A program made the translations under genes and the position numbers. The notes beneath the pieces were generated by a model that was not told the origin of the DNA, did not search any database, and saw only the letters and a program-made list of their open reading frames with translations. From the NCBI RefSeq assembly GCF_000315625.1, contig NW_005434662.1, forward strand, positions 464,307 through 528,306: a stretch of 64,000 bases of DNA, read 5' to 3'. This DNA comes from Guillardia theta CCMP2712 (taxonomy: Eukaryota; Protista; Cryptophyta). Shown piece by piece: positions 1 through 13,608 of the stretch (positions are counted from its first letter, which is position 1; the number at the start of each line of letters is the position of its first letter).

Positions 1-3000
1 TTGAAGAGAACCTGAGACTCTCCGTCTTGCTTGACAATCTTAGGATGCTCGCTGCTGCTATCCGACGATGTGAGGTCGAAAGGAATGCCCAGGTCAAGTT
101 GTCTCCTGCGAGCTCCCCCGCTCGCCGCTCGGTTCTCCTGCAACATCTTCTGGAACTCAGCATCGAAGGCCTCGTCCTCGAGCGAGCGTTGTGTGGCCTG
201 AGGCCGCCAGTGAACGACAACTTCTTCATCATCAGCCTGCATGCAGATGTTAGATGGTGACAAGAGAACATCTGCCTGAACCTGTTCGTCCTTGTAGTCA
301 AATGCATCGTCCTCCTCAGCATCGTCCTCCACTCGCTGCTCCCCATCATTGTCATCACTGTCCTCTCCTGCTCTGTCGTGCTCCTCCTCATCCTCAGATT
401 CTCCTCCCTCGTTTTCTCCGGATTCAACGGGTTCATCTTTGGTCGTGGGCTTAACTTCCAGTGCCAGCAGACCTCTCAGGCGGCTCATTTTCATGTCGTT
501 CTCCAGTCGCGCGATGTTCGCGTCGGCTGCTTCCACGTTGTCGAGACGCTTCAGGTCTGGTCGAAGGGACTCGAAGGTGTCGGATACCGTGAACTCCACG
601 TCCATAGTCAGCGAAGTTTTCCCCAGCAAGTATCGTTGGAAGTGAGCAAGAAAGAGGTCAAGCCGCTTCTTGGGGATTCCTCGATCGAAATAATGGCCTG
701 AAGTATCCAACAAGGAGCATACCAGCCTCACTCGGAAGAAGTCGGAGGGCGAGTCGGGCAAGTAGCCTGTTCTTTCTGACCCTGACGAGATGAAGGTGTA
801 GAGCGCATCAAAGATGATCGAAGAGTCCACAACGAGGTCATTGTACAATTCTCCGAGGAGTTTGACAAGTCCTAGCAGTCGCTGCTGCTTGCTGAATTCA
901 TTAGCTTGCAGCAGGTATCTCATTTCTGACAGAAGGTCATCGGCGACGTAGACCGCCAATGTGGAATGGTAAGAAGTCAGGCCCGAGATCAACGAGGCCA
1001 GCAGGTAGATCTGGTTGTATTTCATTTTTTGCACCTTGAGCAGGCATTTGATGAGGTATGACTCGTTCTGAAAGAAAAATGTCAGGATCAAATGGATTCC
1101 GAAAGCATCATTGACAATTTCACCTCCTTCCAATCGAGCTTTCTCAGTTGCTTCTTGACAAATTCCAGCGTGCTCTTAGAGAGTTTCGAGAAGAGAAGAT
1201 GTCTGATGTATTCCTGAACAGCAGGGCGTTGCTTTCTTTGGGCACGAGCAGATCTTTCAGGCGGTCGACACAAGTAATATGCGTTCTCAACCATCGTGTC
1301 CAGTCGGCTGTAGAGAAATGTCACAACTCTTCTATTTGGAATAGGCAAGTGGAAACCTGTCCAAGTTCTTTGCGTTCTTTAAGCGCATCATAGTATTGAG
1401 CATGTTCTTCGTTCGTTCGTGTGTTGTTTTGGTTCTGTATAAGAATCGTCCACAGACCTTTACGATAATTTGTTAGCTCGACAGCATTTTCATCCTTCAT
1501 TCACCTCCAGAAGGTTACAAGCCAATTCAATGTTCTGATATGCGAAGTCGTCGATAAAAGCTTGCAGGCAGCTAAAGATCGCAAGCGGCTTTGCCACCTT
1601 GAACTTCAATAGTTCTCCTTGAAAACGCACATTGCGAACCTGGAGAAACAATTCACCGAGGTAATTTCACCCAGTCGACATTGATACCTTTGATTCGATA
1701 TTGGATTCTGATTTATACTTCATGAACTCATTGAATTCTTGCTCGAGCATCTGAGAAAGCATTTGTCCAATATCTGATGAATTGTCAGATTATCTTACTC
1801 CAATCACTCTCTCGCACCTGGAAAAGCTGGTGCCAACACAGCAACAAACCGGGCGTAGTAAGGAATCAGCGATAACGCTGTCCTTGGGACGTTGTAGAGT
1901 GCCCGAGCCAGTTTTCTTCTATTCAATTTGTTGTTTTGCGAACAGAATGTCTGAGCAGCTTGATCGATGAGATCTCTACTTTGACAAGTTGCCAAGTGAG
2001 CGAGAAATTCTTCCCACTTGGCTTTCTCAGCAGCATTTACGTCCTCCTCCTTGTCCTCCTCTTGATTGGCCGTGTCGGGTTGTGTACTAGTCTCGCTGGA
2101 TTCCTTACTGGGCTCTCCACTGGAGCTGTCTGCTGCTGGCTTGCTGGCTTCCTCGCCACCTTCAGTTGCATTTTCACTTGAACTCTTTAACTTGGTGGCC
2201 TCGACATCACTGTTCAAACTTGGTACCAAGTCAAAAATGTTCGGCAGATCTTCATAGAAATCTCGCGTATCCATGTCCTCGAAGACATTGTCTTCGAAAT
2301 TCTCTTCTTCCCGTTCGCGCTGGGTCCCAACGACAAAAGCTCCTCCTCCCAATCGAGTTGTGTCCTCCGGGTCTTTGGGCAACTCAGGCATCTCCACCTG
2401 AAGTGCTTCGGAGAGAGTCTTTGTGTTGCTCAGCGCCTTTTCAAGATCAGCTCGTTTTTTCTCTGTCGCTTTCATGCAATCTTCAGGTAAATCACCTCGG
2501 AGAGTCAGCTGCCTGCGATTTTCCTTTTCTTGCTGTTTCAATGAGGAATGCATTTCAAACAACACGCTGACTGTGCTCTCGTAGTACTCCTTGAGGATGC
2601 TGAAAAGCTCTTCTCGATGTTCATCAGAAATCACAGGGCTTTCAGTCGGTTCTACAGAGTTAACCTCTTCCTCCAGCAATGTAAGCAAATCGTCATCTTC
2701 ACCAGATTTTCGTTCTCTTCAGCATCAGTGATCTGCATTGACTGCATTGAAGTAGCAACGGCTTCAACAGGAGCTTCAGCATTTTCGGGTGTGATTCCTT
2801 CAGGTTCGACACACTCAGCATCCTTCTCTAGCGAGCCCATGGCCTCTTCTGCGGGCTCACCAGGTTCTTCAGGCGATTCTTGCATGTCGTTGTCAGTTGT
2901 CTCTCTCGTTGGTTGAGAAGCGTCATTTTCAGCTTTTCGTTTCTGATATTCCTCGAGCATACCATCAGCCTCCATCTGCCATTGAGGGCGTAGATTGAGC

Positions 3001-3937
3001 AAGTCATCAGCTGCGTATTTCACGAATCCAGAGACAATGCTGAACAATGTTGCCCCGGCATCTAGTTGCTGAGCTTGCAACTCTTGCGCGATAAGCTCCT
3101 TCAGCGCCGAGATGAGAATGGAACCATCTGTGTAAACTCCAGCAACAAGAAGCTCAGTCAAGAGCCTCAACATAGTCCTGCGTTTGGTGAGGCGATCTTT
3201 CCTATCTGATTCCGAGTCCACAGTGGCCGAGTCCTTTCTTACCGGCTGAAAGATTGAGCTCAACTTGGGAATCAATTGTTTGGTGAAATCTGCATAACGC
3301 TGGTGAAGCACCGATACGACTTGGACCATTGCTGGGACATCGTTACTCTTGATCTTGGAGTCCGAAACTGCGTCAACACACTCGCTGATGAATTTGCTCA
3401 TGTTGATCTGCTTGATCCCAGAGACAATGCTGTCCTTGTTCTCCAGCGACACCATCTTCAACTTCTTGATGATTGCCTCATTCTTCTTGATCGATGCATC
3501 CAATAATTTGAGATTGACGTCCAAACGAGCATTTGCCGCATTCAAGTTGGCGGATCGAGTGTCATTCTTTGCCCTCTGTGCTTGCTTCACCTCGATGATT
3601 TTTCGTGAAGATCAGAGATTGCCTTTCTCCGCCTCAGCCGTTCTTCTTCGGCTTGCTTCCTTTGTCGCTCGAGCTCTTCCTGCCTTCTGGCGAGCTCCTC
3701 AGCCTCTTTCCTCGCTGCCTCCTCCTGCCTCAGTCGCTCCTTTTCTTCTTCTTGCTTCTGCTTCTCGACAGGATCCTGCGGCGGCTTCCTTCCCCCCCGT
3801 CCTTGACCCGATCCTCCTCTGCTCCGACCGCCTCGTGCAACCTTGCCCCTGTTTGACGGTGCTGGGTTGGGACCCTCCCGGCCCCCCTCACCATCCGGAG
3901 GAGCTCTTGCAGCTCCACGACCCCGGGCACCGGACAT
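1..3937 (-). CDS. UPF2: Regulator of nonsense transcripts 2 (MIF4G-domain NMD factor), multi-exon, 3' end runs off the window
   Basis: ATG at 3937 (MSGARGRG...). MIF4G-1 motif LDASIKKNEAIIKKLK...INMSKFISECVDAV, LHQRYADF, RLLTELLVAGVY; FEDMDTRDFYEDLP; RTALSLIPYYARFVAVL; VENAYYLCRPPER...QEYIRHLLF; acidic region near the window start. Several short introns and two 1-nt frame breaks at A-runs. Confidence 0.93.
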
Positions 3938-4854
3938 AGCGCCGAGGAAGTATCTGAGAACGACATGGTCAATCCAAGCTCTGACTTGCACACTGCAACT
4001 CAAAGGCCATGTCCTATAACGTCGCGTGCAACACACCACCTACACTTCACGCAACACTGCACTACTGGGCCGGAAGATAACATCACGACTGAATTTTACC
4101 ATGTGCGAGCTTACTCTGATTGTCTGATATCAATTCCTATTTCCTTGTCCTCCCAAAAACTCAATCATTCTTTCATCTCGTCTTCCTCTTGCACGAATAA
4201 CCCTTCCATCACTCTACCATCTTAAGGTTCCATGGAACTTCACGAACCCTGCATGAAGCTCTGAACAAACCAGCTCATAGCTTGTGCAAGATGGTGCAAA
4301 ATCATCACAACAACAACCTGTCACCGTGCCTCGTCCTCTCCATCAACAAGCCCCCTTCCTCCGGCGAAGGAAATTTGCTTCGCACACAGCATCTCGTGCT
4401 GCTGAACCTTGTAACTTCATAAGGCTTGATCTAGCACAGCTCTCAGTTTCAGCACGTGACATCCTCCATCCTCGTGCATCATGACTACTTCTTCCCTTCC
4501 TCGTCTCTCTCGCTCCAGCTCGCCATTCTTCCTCCTCAAACTTTCTCCCTTGTGCGGCCAGCATGACCTGTCCCCGCAGGTCCTGCCACTGCCGCTAACC
4601 ACCCCGTGATATTCCTTGCCTTACCCCCATGTGCCACCCTACCATCAGGGCTGACTCGACCACCCCGTGCTCCCGTTCATTCCACATTTTGCACCCACCC
4701 CCTTTAGCTTGTCTCCTAACCTTTAGAGGGTCTACTACCTTCGATGTGTTTATGGACGCCCCTTGGGGGTACTCCATTAGGACCCCTACCCCCCCAGGAT
4801 GTGAACGATCAAGGGCAAGTGCGAGAGCGAGAGCAAGGAGCAAGTGCGAGAGCG

Positions 4855-4870
4855 AGAGAGGAGAGAGGAG

Positions 4871-4958
<88 letters not shown>

Positions 4959-4972
4959 AGAGAGAGGAGAGG
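4855..4972. repeat. (GA)n microsatellite
   Basis: Long pure GA dinucleotide run, directly visible. Confidence 0.97.
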
Positions 4973-5333
4973 GCTCGAAGAGGGCTCTCCTGGTCGTCTC
5001 GGGTCAAGTAAAGGAGATACTTTCATTCAAAGGAAAAAATTACATGGCTACGATGACCTACATCTTATTATTCACATTAAAAACAGACCAGTCACATGTT
5101 GCCGAGCCGAACCATCACTTATCCTCACCCTGCCTTCCCACTGTCCGTCAACCATGCCGCTCGTACACAAAGTTGCTCTCAGGCATCGGCACTGTGCTCC
5201 CCGAATGGAGAGGGGAGGGTGGATTGTTGGAGTTCCTTGCCATCAGAACTGGCGTCTGACCTGCAGAGGGAGTGCGGGACGACTCCATGATCATGTCAAA
5301 GGCTCCAGATATGGAGTTTCCTTGGTTAAAATG

Positions 5334-8300
5334 TCAGGAGGAGGACCATGGAGCAGCGAGCACGGAACCTGAGGCTGACGTAGAGGACCCTGACGTCCGG
5401 AACCACGGCAGATCGAAAGATGCTGAATTGCGGAAAGATCTCTTTTCTGAAACTCCTTTCGTCCACTCCCGCCCTCTTGTTGACATGAATTTGGCCCGTA
5501 GCTGCGAGGCAGAGGGCAGGCAAACATTAGTCGCGCATGGCAGCAAGGGGGTGATGGGGGTACCTGACGGGTTAACTGCTTCTTCTTTAGCAACCTTCGG
5601 TTTCTCACCTGAGGATGGGTCAGTCAGAGCGAGGGCGCGCTGACCCTCAGACCTTCTGCAGTTGAGAATGCTCCCGGAATATGTCATTGAATGTCGAAGA
5701 GATCACTAGATTTCAATCAGCCCCCACCCGCGCAAATTCTGAGAGAGTACCAGAAATAGGAAGAGCGACCATCACTACTCCCAAGATCGCACATATGCTT
5801 CCAAATAACTTTCCCACACCAGTTTGCGGGACCATGTCCCCAAATCCTGCAAAATCTGTCATAATCCGCGCGAGCGTTCCTCAAGAAGCCACAAGTTACA
5901 GGGAATCACATATCAGCTTACCAACAGTAGTGATGGTGACGATAGCCCACCACATCGTATCAGGTATTGATCTTGCAGGGAGTCATGGATTTCGCGAGTG
6001 TATGCATGGGCTACTCACAAGAAAGAATCGCTGTGGGGATAGACAGACGTGTTGTCCATTTCCGAATAATAAAGTAGGGCTGCATCAACCGTTAACAAGA
6101 AGTTGGAACTTCCAAGGCGCCAAATCACGGAGCAGAGAAATGGTGACCAGGTGAACTCACCTGAAAACAACAAGGAAAATACAACCATGCAGAAGAGTAG
6201 AAGACCCTGGACACAAGATGTCAAAGTGTGCTTCGGGGAGAGCATCTCGTTACCAATTCCGAGCGGCACGCAGCGGCAGTCTTCCATAACACAATGAGGC
6301 CATCCGAGTGCCTCGTAAGCTTGAAGATTCTGCATAGTCACACACTTGTTAGCATGGCAATGAAAGCATGTCACTCCACACCTCAGGACCCGCAAGACCC
6401 GAACTAATTTTGTTCCACCAATCCCTCTCGCATCTGATCCGACAGAATCAGACAGAGCGGCTTTAAAAATAACCTTCCAAAAAGTACATGACCAACGATG
6501 GTAATATTGCAACGACGTCCAAAATATTCAGTAGGTCCTTTAGGAAGGCAACCTAGGCAACCTTGTCTACGTTGACTATGAATCTGCAGAGGTTATGAAG
6601 GCAAGGAAAGGGAAAGGGAAAGGGAAAGGGAAAGGGAAAGGGAAAGGGAAAGGGAAAGGGAAAGGGAAATGGAAAGGGAAAGAAACAAAAACAGAACAGT
6701 TAGATGGAATTAGACGAGGGAGAGCAAGAGACCTTAGCAGAAATTCCACGAGGAAGTACATCACAAACGAGAAATCCATCTGCCTCACGATGTTCATGCT
6801 CATCTGGGAACGATCATTTGTAAGACTCGAGTCTACAACTTTGGAGAAGGGCAAAACACGACGAAATAGAGTGAACCAGCATAAAATTTTGCAAGCATGA
6901 ACCAAGGAGAGAGCTATACCGGACTAGATTCGACCTCTGGTATAGTTTCTATGCACACAAGGACAACAGAGGATATTATCTAGAGAATTTTCGTTAGCTA
7001 CTATAAAATAGAACGAGGATCCGAGATTTCTTACCAGCACAAGGGAGACCAAAGAAAGAAGCCAAGCTCTGATTGAAGACGAAGGCTCCTCCAACAGTAT
7101 GAACAGCCTATTCCAGCAATGAGTGATAGAGCTCTCATCACCCGTTGGTGATCTCACTTGCGGCGCAATCCCCTTTTTGGTTTACCAGGACGTTCAGCGA
7201 TTTTGTCTGTGTCGTATCGTGCTAGCATTTCTTTGATGCCCTGAATGAGAGAAATCAGCATAAGAAAAAGGTTCAAGAATAACAATTCACCGGTATGTCT
7301 GCCCTGTGCATCGAAAAATGCTGCAGTTCATTAATCCACGTTTCGGGAGCAAGATGAGGTGGCTAAACAACAAGGTCAAGGAAAGGTTCACCAGGTTCAA
7401 AAATGCTCAAATCTTACTCGGAGAGGCAAGACACCTTCCCTGTAAGAATTCAATATTTCCACAAATGCTAATGGATGGCGATCGAGAATCAACTGGATCA
7501 GACAAGTCAAATACCACGATAAGCAAACAAACTGATAACCTTCTCTTGATTGAACAGCACACCCGATGGTTCAGTCACTAGACTGGTCAACAAGGTTCCT
7601 ACAAGTACGATGACAAGCATGTATGTCACCCTCAAATAAAAAAGTACCAGGATATCGTCGCAGGGTCCTTTCATATGTCACATTGATCAACCCTCCACAG
7701 ATAATTGTAATCTTCCGTCCCTTCCCTTGGTTTGCCATCAACTGATAAATTGAGAATGAAAAAGATGAGCAGATCAGGAGGACATTCAACTTTCGAAAGT
7801 GCTCAACATACCTTCTCTTTAACTCCTAGCAGCACAGAGGTCCAATTCCGCACACAATTTTCAGAAGGGGAAGGCGAACCAATTCGTTTTTCCTCCGAGT
7901 AGCATGACCACCGACGCATGACCGGATCTGAGTTGGGTTGTTGAGGCAAAATGGCTTCCTCCGACCTTTGTTCATCTGGGTTGGACGCCCAACTTGGAAT
8001 CCTCACTTCCATGATGTCCAACCACTCGGAAATCCCTGATTTTGAGTTTGTTGTGTCGTCTACCACTCCCTTTGAATTATCACTCTCCACCCCATCGTCC
8101 TTCTCTGATCGTGAATTTTGACCCTGTCCCCAAGAGAGAGGGCCGGTCACCCTGGAAGCGAGAAGACACCATCAGTTTCCAGCAACAAACAAAAGACCTG
8201 TTGGTCCCAGCAAACCTGGATGAAGCCGAGGTCGGTGAAGGAACGCGTCCGTTAGCATGCTGCGGACCGTCCGCGGGCTCTTCATCCGCGGACATAGGTT

Positions 8301-8682
8301 TTGAGTTCGATTTCAGTTCCCAGTTGCGATGCAATGATAGCTTCCTCATTGGAAATGAATTGGATCTTTCCATCGCCGGGAAATCCATCTCGGCGTCTGC
8401 TAGCGAGTCGTTGATGATCAGCTTCTCTCCCAGAGTGTCAGCATGCAAGTATTCTCGTTCTCCATCATCGAGTGTGATCTGAGCTGTAGCTGTGGGGTTA
8501 CTGGAATGAGCAATTGCATCTAACACCTTTTCTTGGGATTTGTTTTTCAGAACATCACCATTGAGAGCTGGGATCAGGGCCTCAAACGAGTATCTCCTCG
8601 GAGGGAAGGAATTGAGGCGTGCTCTTCTTACTCCGTCCTCCTGACTTTCAGATAAAATGTCAGGAGGACGATGGCTCGCCAT
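5334..8682 (-). CDS. Voltage-gated potassium channel (Kv/Shaker-like, T1/BTB domain plus 6 TM), multi-exon
   Basis: T1-like ITIICGGLINVTYERTLRRYPGTFL; S4-like LVRVLRVLR; pore [24 protein letters not shown] and S6 GKLFGSICAILGVVMVALPIS. The last exons splice in phase to a stop at 5334. Confidence 0.88.
6605..6680. repeat. (GGGAAA)n hexamer microsatellite, probably intronic in the K+ channel gene
   Basis: About 12 tandem GGGAAA units. Confidence 0.93.
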
Positions 8683-10280
8683 GGGTGCACCGAGGAGGGC
8701 TAATGCTTCACTTGGAGCATGGATTGCAATATTTAACGGAAATCATTTCCAGCAGTTTGTGATTGACTCTATTGACCTCCAATCTGATATGCACAGTCTG
8801 AGCACTGCTTGGGTTCAAAGCACCAGTCATGCATAGGAACTCTGAGCTTCATAGGCTGCGATCCGATAAAGTGACGTGTGCGTCGCTTCAAGTTTCAATA
8901 GACTGCAGGATAGGTAGGGTTGTTTGAAATAAGAAAACGCACACCTCCTCACAAGACGAAGATGTTCTCACGTTCTCATCCCCTCCTCCATACCCAACAC
9001 TATAATGAGCTCAATATTCGCATCCTCATCTTCACTCCCCTCCTTCTTTCGCACTCCCCAGCACCGCCGCTGCTAGTGCAGGGCCTCGACATGTTCGAAG
9101 ATTTAGAGAGTGATTGTAAAAGGGTTTTATGAGATAATGTATTATAGATAAAAAGTTATAGAATAACATCTGGTACTCTGACCGCGATCCTTATAGATCG
9201 AGGTATCGCTCTGGACAGTATTGACAAATGAGGATGGGCTTACTTTTGTACCATAAAATATTTTCGACTTTTAACAATAAATTGTACCCAGCCCCTACCT
9301 CCCCAACATCATGGATAAAGTTGCATGATTGGTAGGGTACTCATCGAGGCTAAAATAACAACTTGTACAGAAAAAGTCTGGAAGTTGTAAAAAGATGATA
9401 GTGAAAAATACATATATATATATCTATAATTTAATCTTAAAAATGTTCTCAGCCAAATTGGCCCCCCGGACCCTCCCGTTGGACTGTTCATGACCCACCC
9501 CACAAGAGGACAACCCTGACCCTCCTGATAGCGATTTCCGTCCCCTACGTCCACTACCCCCCTTATCGCCCCTTGGCACCCCCAATTAAACGTTAACCTA
9601 CAGGCCCCCGGAGGGGTATTTCGGTGGCCCTTGGAATCATTGACCCACCCCCTTCTCCTGAGTATCCAAACGTATCCCAGGAGGGGTACAAGGTTGTGAT
9701 GTAAAGCCACCCGGATGAGTGAGCACGATGTAACACAAGACCGTTACTACTATAACTTTATTATCTCATAAATGTAACGGTCAGTCGCAACTGGCAGGTT
9801 CAGTCTTTTGTAACGTTGCAACTGAGACATAACTGTCACTCCAAGGGGCACGATGCTGCAGTGGAGGGTGGGCGAGGGGAGAGCAGTAGAAGTGCGGCAA
9901 GGAGCCGTACAAGATACGGTGAGGTCAGAAAGCTCGAGACATGTTGGTTGGATGGAGCCGCCAGCTAGACGCATCTTCAGGTCCAGGAAATCTGTCATGC
10001 TGGCCGACCAGCAGTAGAAGAGACAAGTGTAGATGAGGTAGAATTGATCGGATATCGCAGATGGATCGTAAGGTGAAGGATGAAGAGGGGAATGGAATCG
10101 TGTGTTGTTCAAAGTTGATGGTTTTGCGCTCCGTGTCTCGATGTGAGCCGGTGCATCTCATCCATTGTGACATATGAGGGTGGAAGTGACCCGAAGCAAC
10201 TGTTTTCCTCTCCTGACGAAGTTGATGAGACGATCTCGTTGAGTGTTTGTCTTTCAGGTTTGTGAGCGACCTCCGGAACA

Positions 10281-11765
10281 ATGAGGGGCCCCAGTCGTTG
10301 GCCCGGCTCACTGGCTTGCATCAGCCTGGTGGTTGCCGTGGTGACAATTTGTATCATTCCGTACGCGAGGAAGGAGAATGTTCCGGTCGAGATGACGGCG
10401 AACAACTTCCAGAAGGGTGCGAGAGCAGCCGAGTTGAGATTTCATCGCACCTTTCAGCTGGCAACGAGGGACAAGGAGGAGTACAGGAAGCAATCGCGGC
10501 TGGCAAAGAAAGATTCGATGCTTGCAACTTCATTCCACAAGGCCTCTCAGAAGCTCTCCAGTAACGCTGTCAAGCTGCATGAGGAATCCGAATCCAACAA
10601 TCTGAAGCTAAAGGAGGACTACAAGGAGATATCCAGGGACATGCGACGCCTTCAAGTGCAAAGGAGTGCCCTGGGTCTGGCTAGAAGACAAGTCGAAAAG
10701 GAGGAAGCGCTGAACAAATTCATGGAGGCATCAATCCCCCACGTGCAGACAGAATTAAAATATGTCGATGGAAAGATGGACGATTTGCGTCGTGCGAAGG
10801 GTTTGATTGAGAAGGAGCTGAAGAAGGGTATCCAAGAAGATCATGCTGCTCGAGTCCTCGCAGACAAGTCACGGGTTGAGCTGGATCGTTATCAACAGCA
10901 GGCAGTTCATGCTCGCCAAGAAATGAATGAAGCCAACACAAGAAAAGCCATTCTCCTGTCTCAAGCCAAGGTAGCGAGCAAAAAGGCTCGTTTCCTCCAG
11001 GCAATGGCTGGCCATTCACAGGGCAAAGCTAATGAGGGAGAGATCGAAGGTCTGGCAAATAGATACGAGCTAGAAGCATCATCTCTGAAACACAAAGCTT
11101 CAGAGAGCAGCAAGGTGGCCTCCTTGTGGGATGCGAAGGCGAAAGAGTCTCTCACTTACCTCACTATGCTGATGGACAACGCCAAATCTGCTGCTTCTTA
11201 TGTGGAAGATGTAAGGGGGCTTGGAAGTAAGATGATGCTGGAGCACAAGGAGGAAAAAGAGCTCGCGCATGAAAAAGCAAGGTTGTTGCGAAGATTGAGG
11301 GACGAGAAGAAAGAAGAAGACAAAGCTCTGGAGCGATTGCACCTGAGCAAGAAAGCTTTGCAGATTGGTGAGAAGAAGACAGAAGATAGTGAGAAACGAT
11401 TGAAGGCGATAGAGAGGAACTATCAAGCCTTGGGAGAAGAAGATGCAGACAAGGACAAGCATGCGAGGATCTATCTTCAAAAGGCTTGGTTGGATGACAG
11501 ACAGGCAAGGGACCTAGGAGCTGCCGCTCAGATGCACCAGAACGCAGCCTTGGTAACTTTGTCATTGACTTTATGTTAAGCTGACTCTTGCCAGGAATTG
11601 TCAAGTGCTTCAAGAGCTGAGGCGACAGAAGGAAAGGCACTGGTGCAGGAAGCTCGCGACCTTCTCAAGTTTTCCAAGTATAACGGGGAAGCCAAGAAGG
11701 AGCATGAGGAATTGAAAACTTTAAGTGGAAGGAGAGACCATGTCTCTTCTGTTATTGGTTGGTGA
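10281..11765 (+). CDS. Coiled-coil protein with N-terminal transmembrane/signal anchor
   Basis: Hydrophobic LACISLVVAVVTICII followed by long E/K/A-rich heptads. An intron (about 11553-11594) joins a final exon ending ...SSVIGW* at 11765. Extra 5' exons are possible. Confidence 0.7.
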
Positions 11766-11875
11766 CGACACTTGTAAATGTTACAACTACTGGTCTCATT
11801 GGAACTTCCTTTCCCTTACTTCTCTCAAAACCTACTTCACATGAAGGCCATTGAACCCCTGAAGATTCTTCAGCA

Positions 11876-13608
11876 TTAATGATAATGTCTCCTCACTTCT
11901 TTCGGCTTGAAATCCTGACAGTGCAAAGTTCCATCTTCGCAAGAAAAAGAAGGAAAACAACAACCTGCAAGTCCTGCTGCCTCTGTACTTGTTTCGCCAC
12001 TTTCGCCGCCCACTCCTCCCGGCATTCCTTGTTCGCCTGCCATTGGATCAACGAGAGGTGCAACTTGCACGTGCAGTCTCACTTCCAGCTGCCTTCTGCT
12101 TCGAATCGCTCTCATCTTGAAGTAGACAGTCAACCGGAGACAGGTCCCTTAAACAGTACTGACCTCCTTCTGAGTCTCAAGGAGAGGCTTGATGTTCTTG
12201 AGCATCTCTTCCATAGCCTGTTCAAAAAAATTGTCCCAGTGACCTCTCATACCTAGCAGGACTCTATCGTTCTATCTCTCATACCCGCTGCAAGACTTTG
12301 CGCCAGTTCCTGTGCGAGAAGATGCTGGCAAGTTGCGACAGGTCAGCATGGCACCTGTGATACAACCACGAGTACCTTGCTCCTTTGGCCCTTCTTGTGA
12401 TTGCAAGGATCTCAATCCAAACGTCCCCGTCCCGGTCTGCCTTCTCGTCTTCCATCGTGACTTCAAATTTCAATTCTCCCTCGAAATTGTTTCCCCTGCC
12501 AGATGTCAACGAACCGTTCATGACTGCTCCCATTGCTCACATCAGGGTGCTGCAGCCCATCGACCAAGTGAGCGTCTCTCCTTTGTTAGAGGCGTCGGAC
12601 GCGGTTGATGTTGCGTTTGATTGGTCCTGAGCTTCAGCCCTCGGCAGGGGATCACAGTGAGACATCTGGGCATACCATGTGATCTCAGTTTGCCGCAGCG
12701 ACAAGCAAGAGAGGCATTCACCCTCCATGGCAAGACAGCATAGCCGAGTCTGGTCTTGATCGTAATAGCAAGATTGTCGCGTTGAATCTTCTCAGGCACG
12801 AGAGCTTGCTGAGTTGCTAAATGTGCGCTGGCGCAACAACCCAACGGTCATGATCAGAAGCATCCGAGGAGAAACAAACCCGAGCCAATCAACCGTGTCC
12901 AACACCCGCAGCGACTTGACGGCATGGCAAGATTCGACAAAATCATCGTACCCGTGACCAACCTGACACAAAGCAAGAGAGTCAAGAGTTCACAAGACCT
13001 CTACGGTCAGCCGCACAAACCTTCATCTTCTTCTTGAAGCACGAGAACCCAGGTGGAACTTGCGATTTCATCGTCAGGCCGCTCAGCTCATGATTGATCG
13101 GCAGGTTCGTCAACGTGGGCAAGAACTCGTTCTTCATGTATTTTGCATTCGGTCGGAGGAAGGTCATAGTTGGATATTGGCTCTGAATGATCACCGGCCA
13201 ACCCCCTTGCACTTTCTTTCTCAGACTGTACGCCATATATCCTGCTGCTCCTGCTGACAGTACGTAGCTAGCCTCCTTTGGATTCCTCCAGATCGCGCCT
13301 CCGATGCCTGCAACAATGCCCATCACGCCCACGCTCCTCCTGCTGTCGCCGGCTTCAGTGGTCTTCCCCTGGGCCTCGCGTGCTCTCTTTGAGAATGGAG
13401 CGATGGGTTCGTCAGAGCCTGGCGTCCACTTTATGTCAACCTGGAAGGAACGTGAGGAGGATCACATATCTTCCTCGTGCCCGCTCACCATGGCCAGGCA
13501 GCCTCGCAGCCTTCGGCTGGACTGATGGAGATGTTGAATGGTCGAATCAGCCGGAAGAAAGCCTCCACATAACAAAGTGCCGAGAAGAAGCTTCTGAATT
13601 AAAGCCAT
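11876..13608 (-). CDS. Signal-peptide-bearing DUF1990/UPF0548-like protein, multi-exon
   Basis: Exon 1 MALIQKLLLGTLLCGGFLPA...SRRLRGCLAM splices in phase to VDIKWTPG. Later motifs VGHGYDDF..CHAVKSL..VDWL and NFEGELKFEV...DVWIEILAITR resemble DUF1990. The 3' end is approximate. Confidence 0.55.

Noticed and set aside
4595-5372. ORFs with poly-ER / poly-SL
   Set aside because: Translations of the (GA)n microsatellite.
5820-5945. GFG instead of GYG selectivity filter as a novelty
   Set aside because: GFG is a known functional K+ filter variant.
6576-6905. ORFs with poly-GK / poly-FP
   Set aside because: Translations of the (GGGAAA)n repeat within the K+ channel locus.
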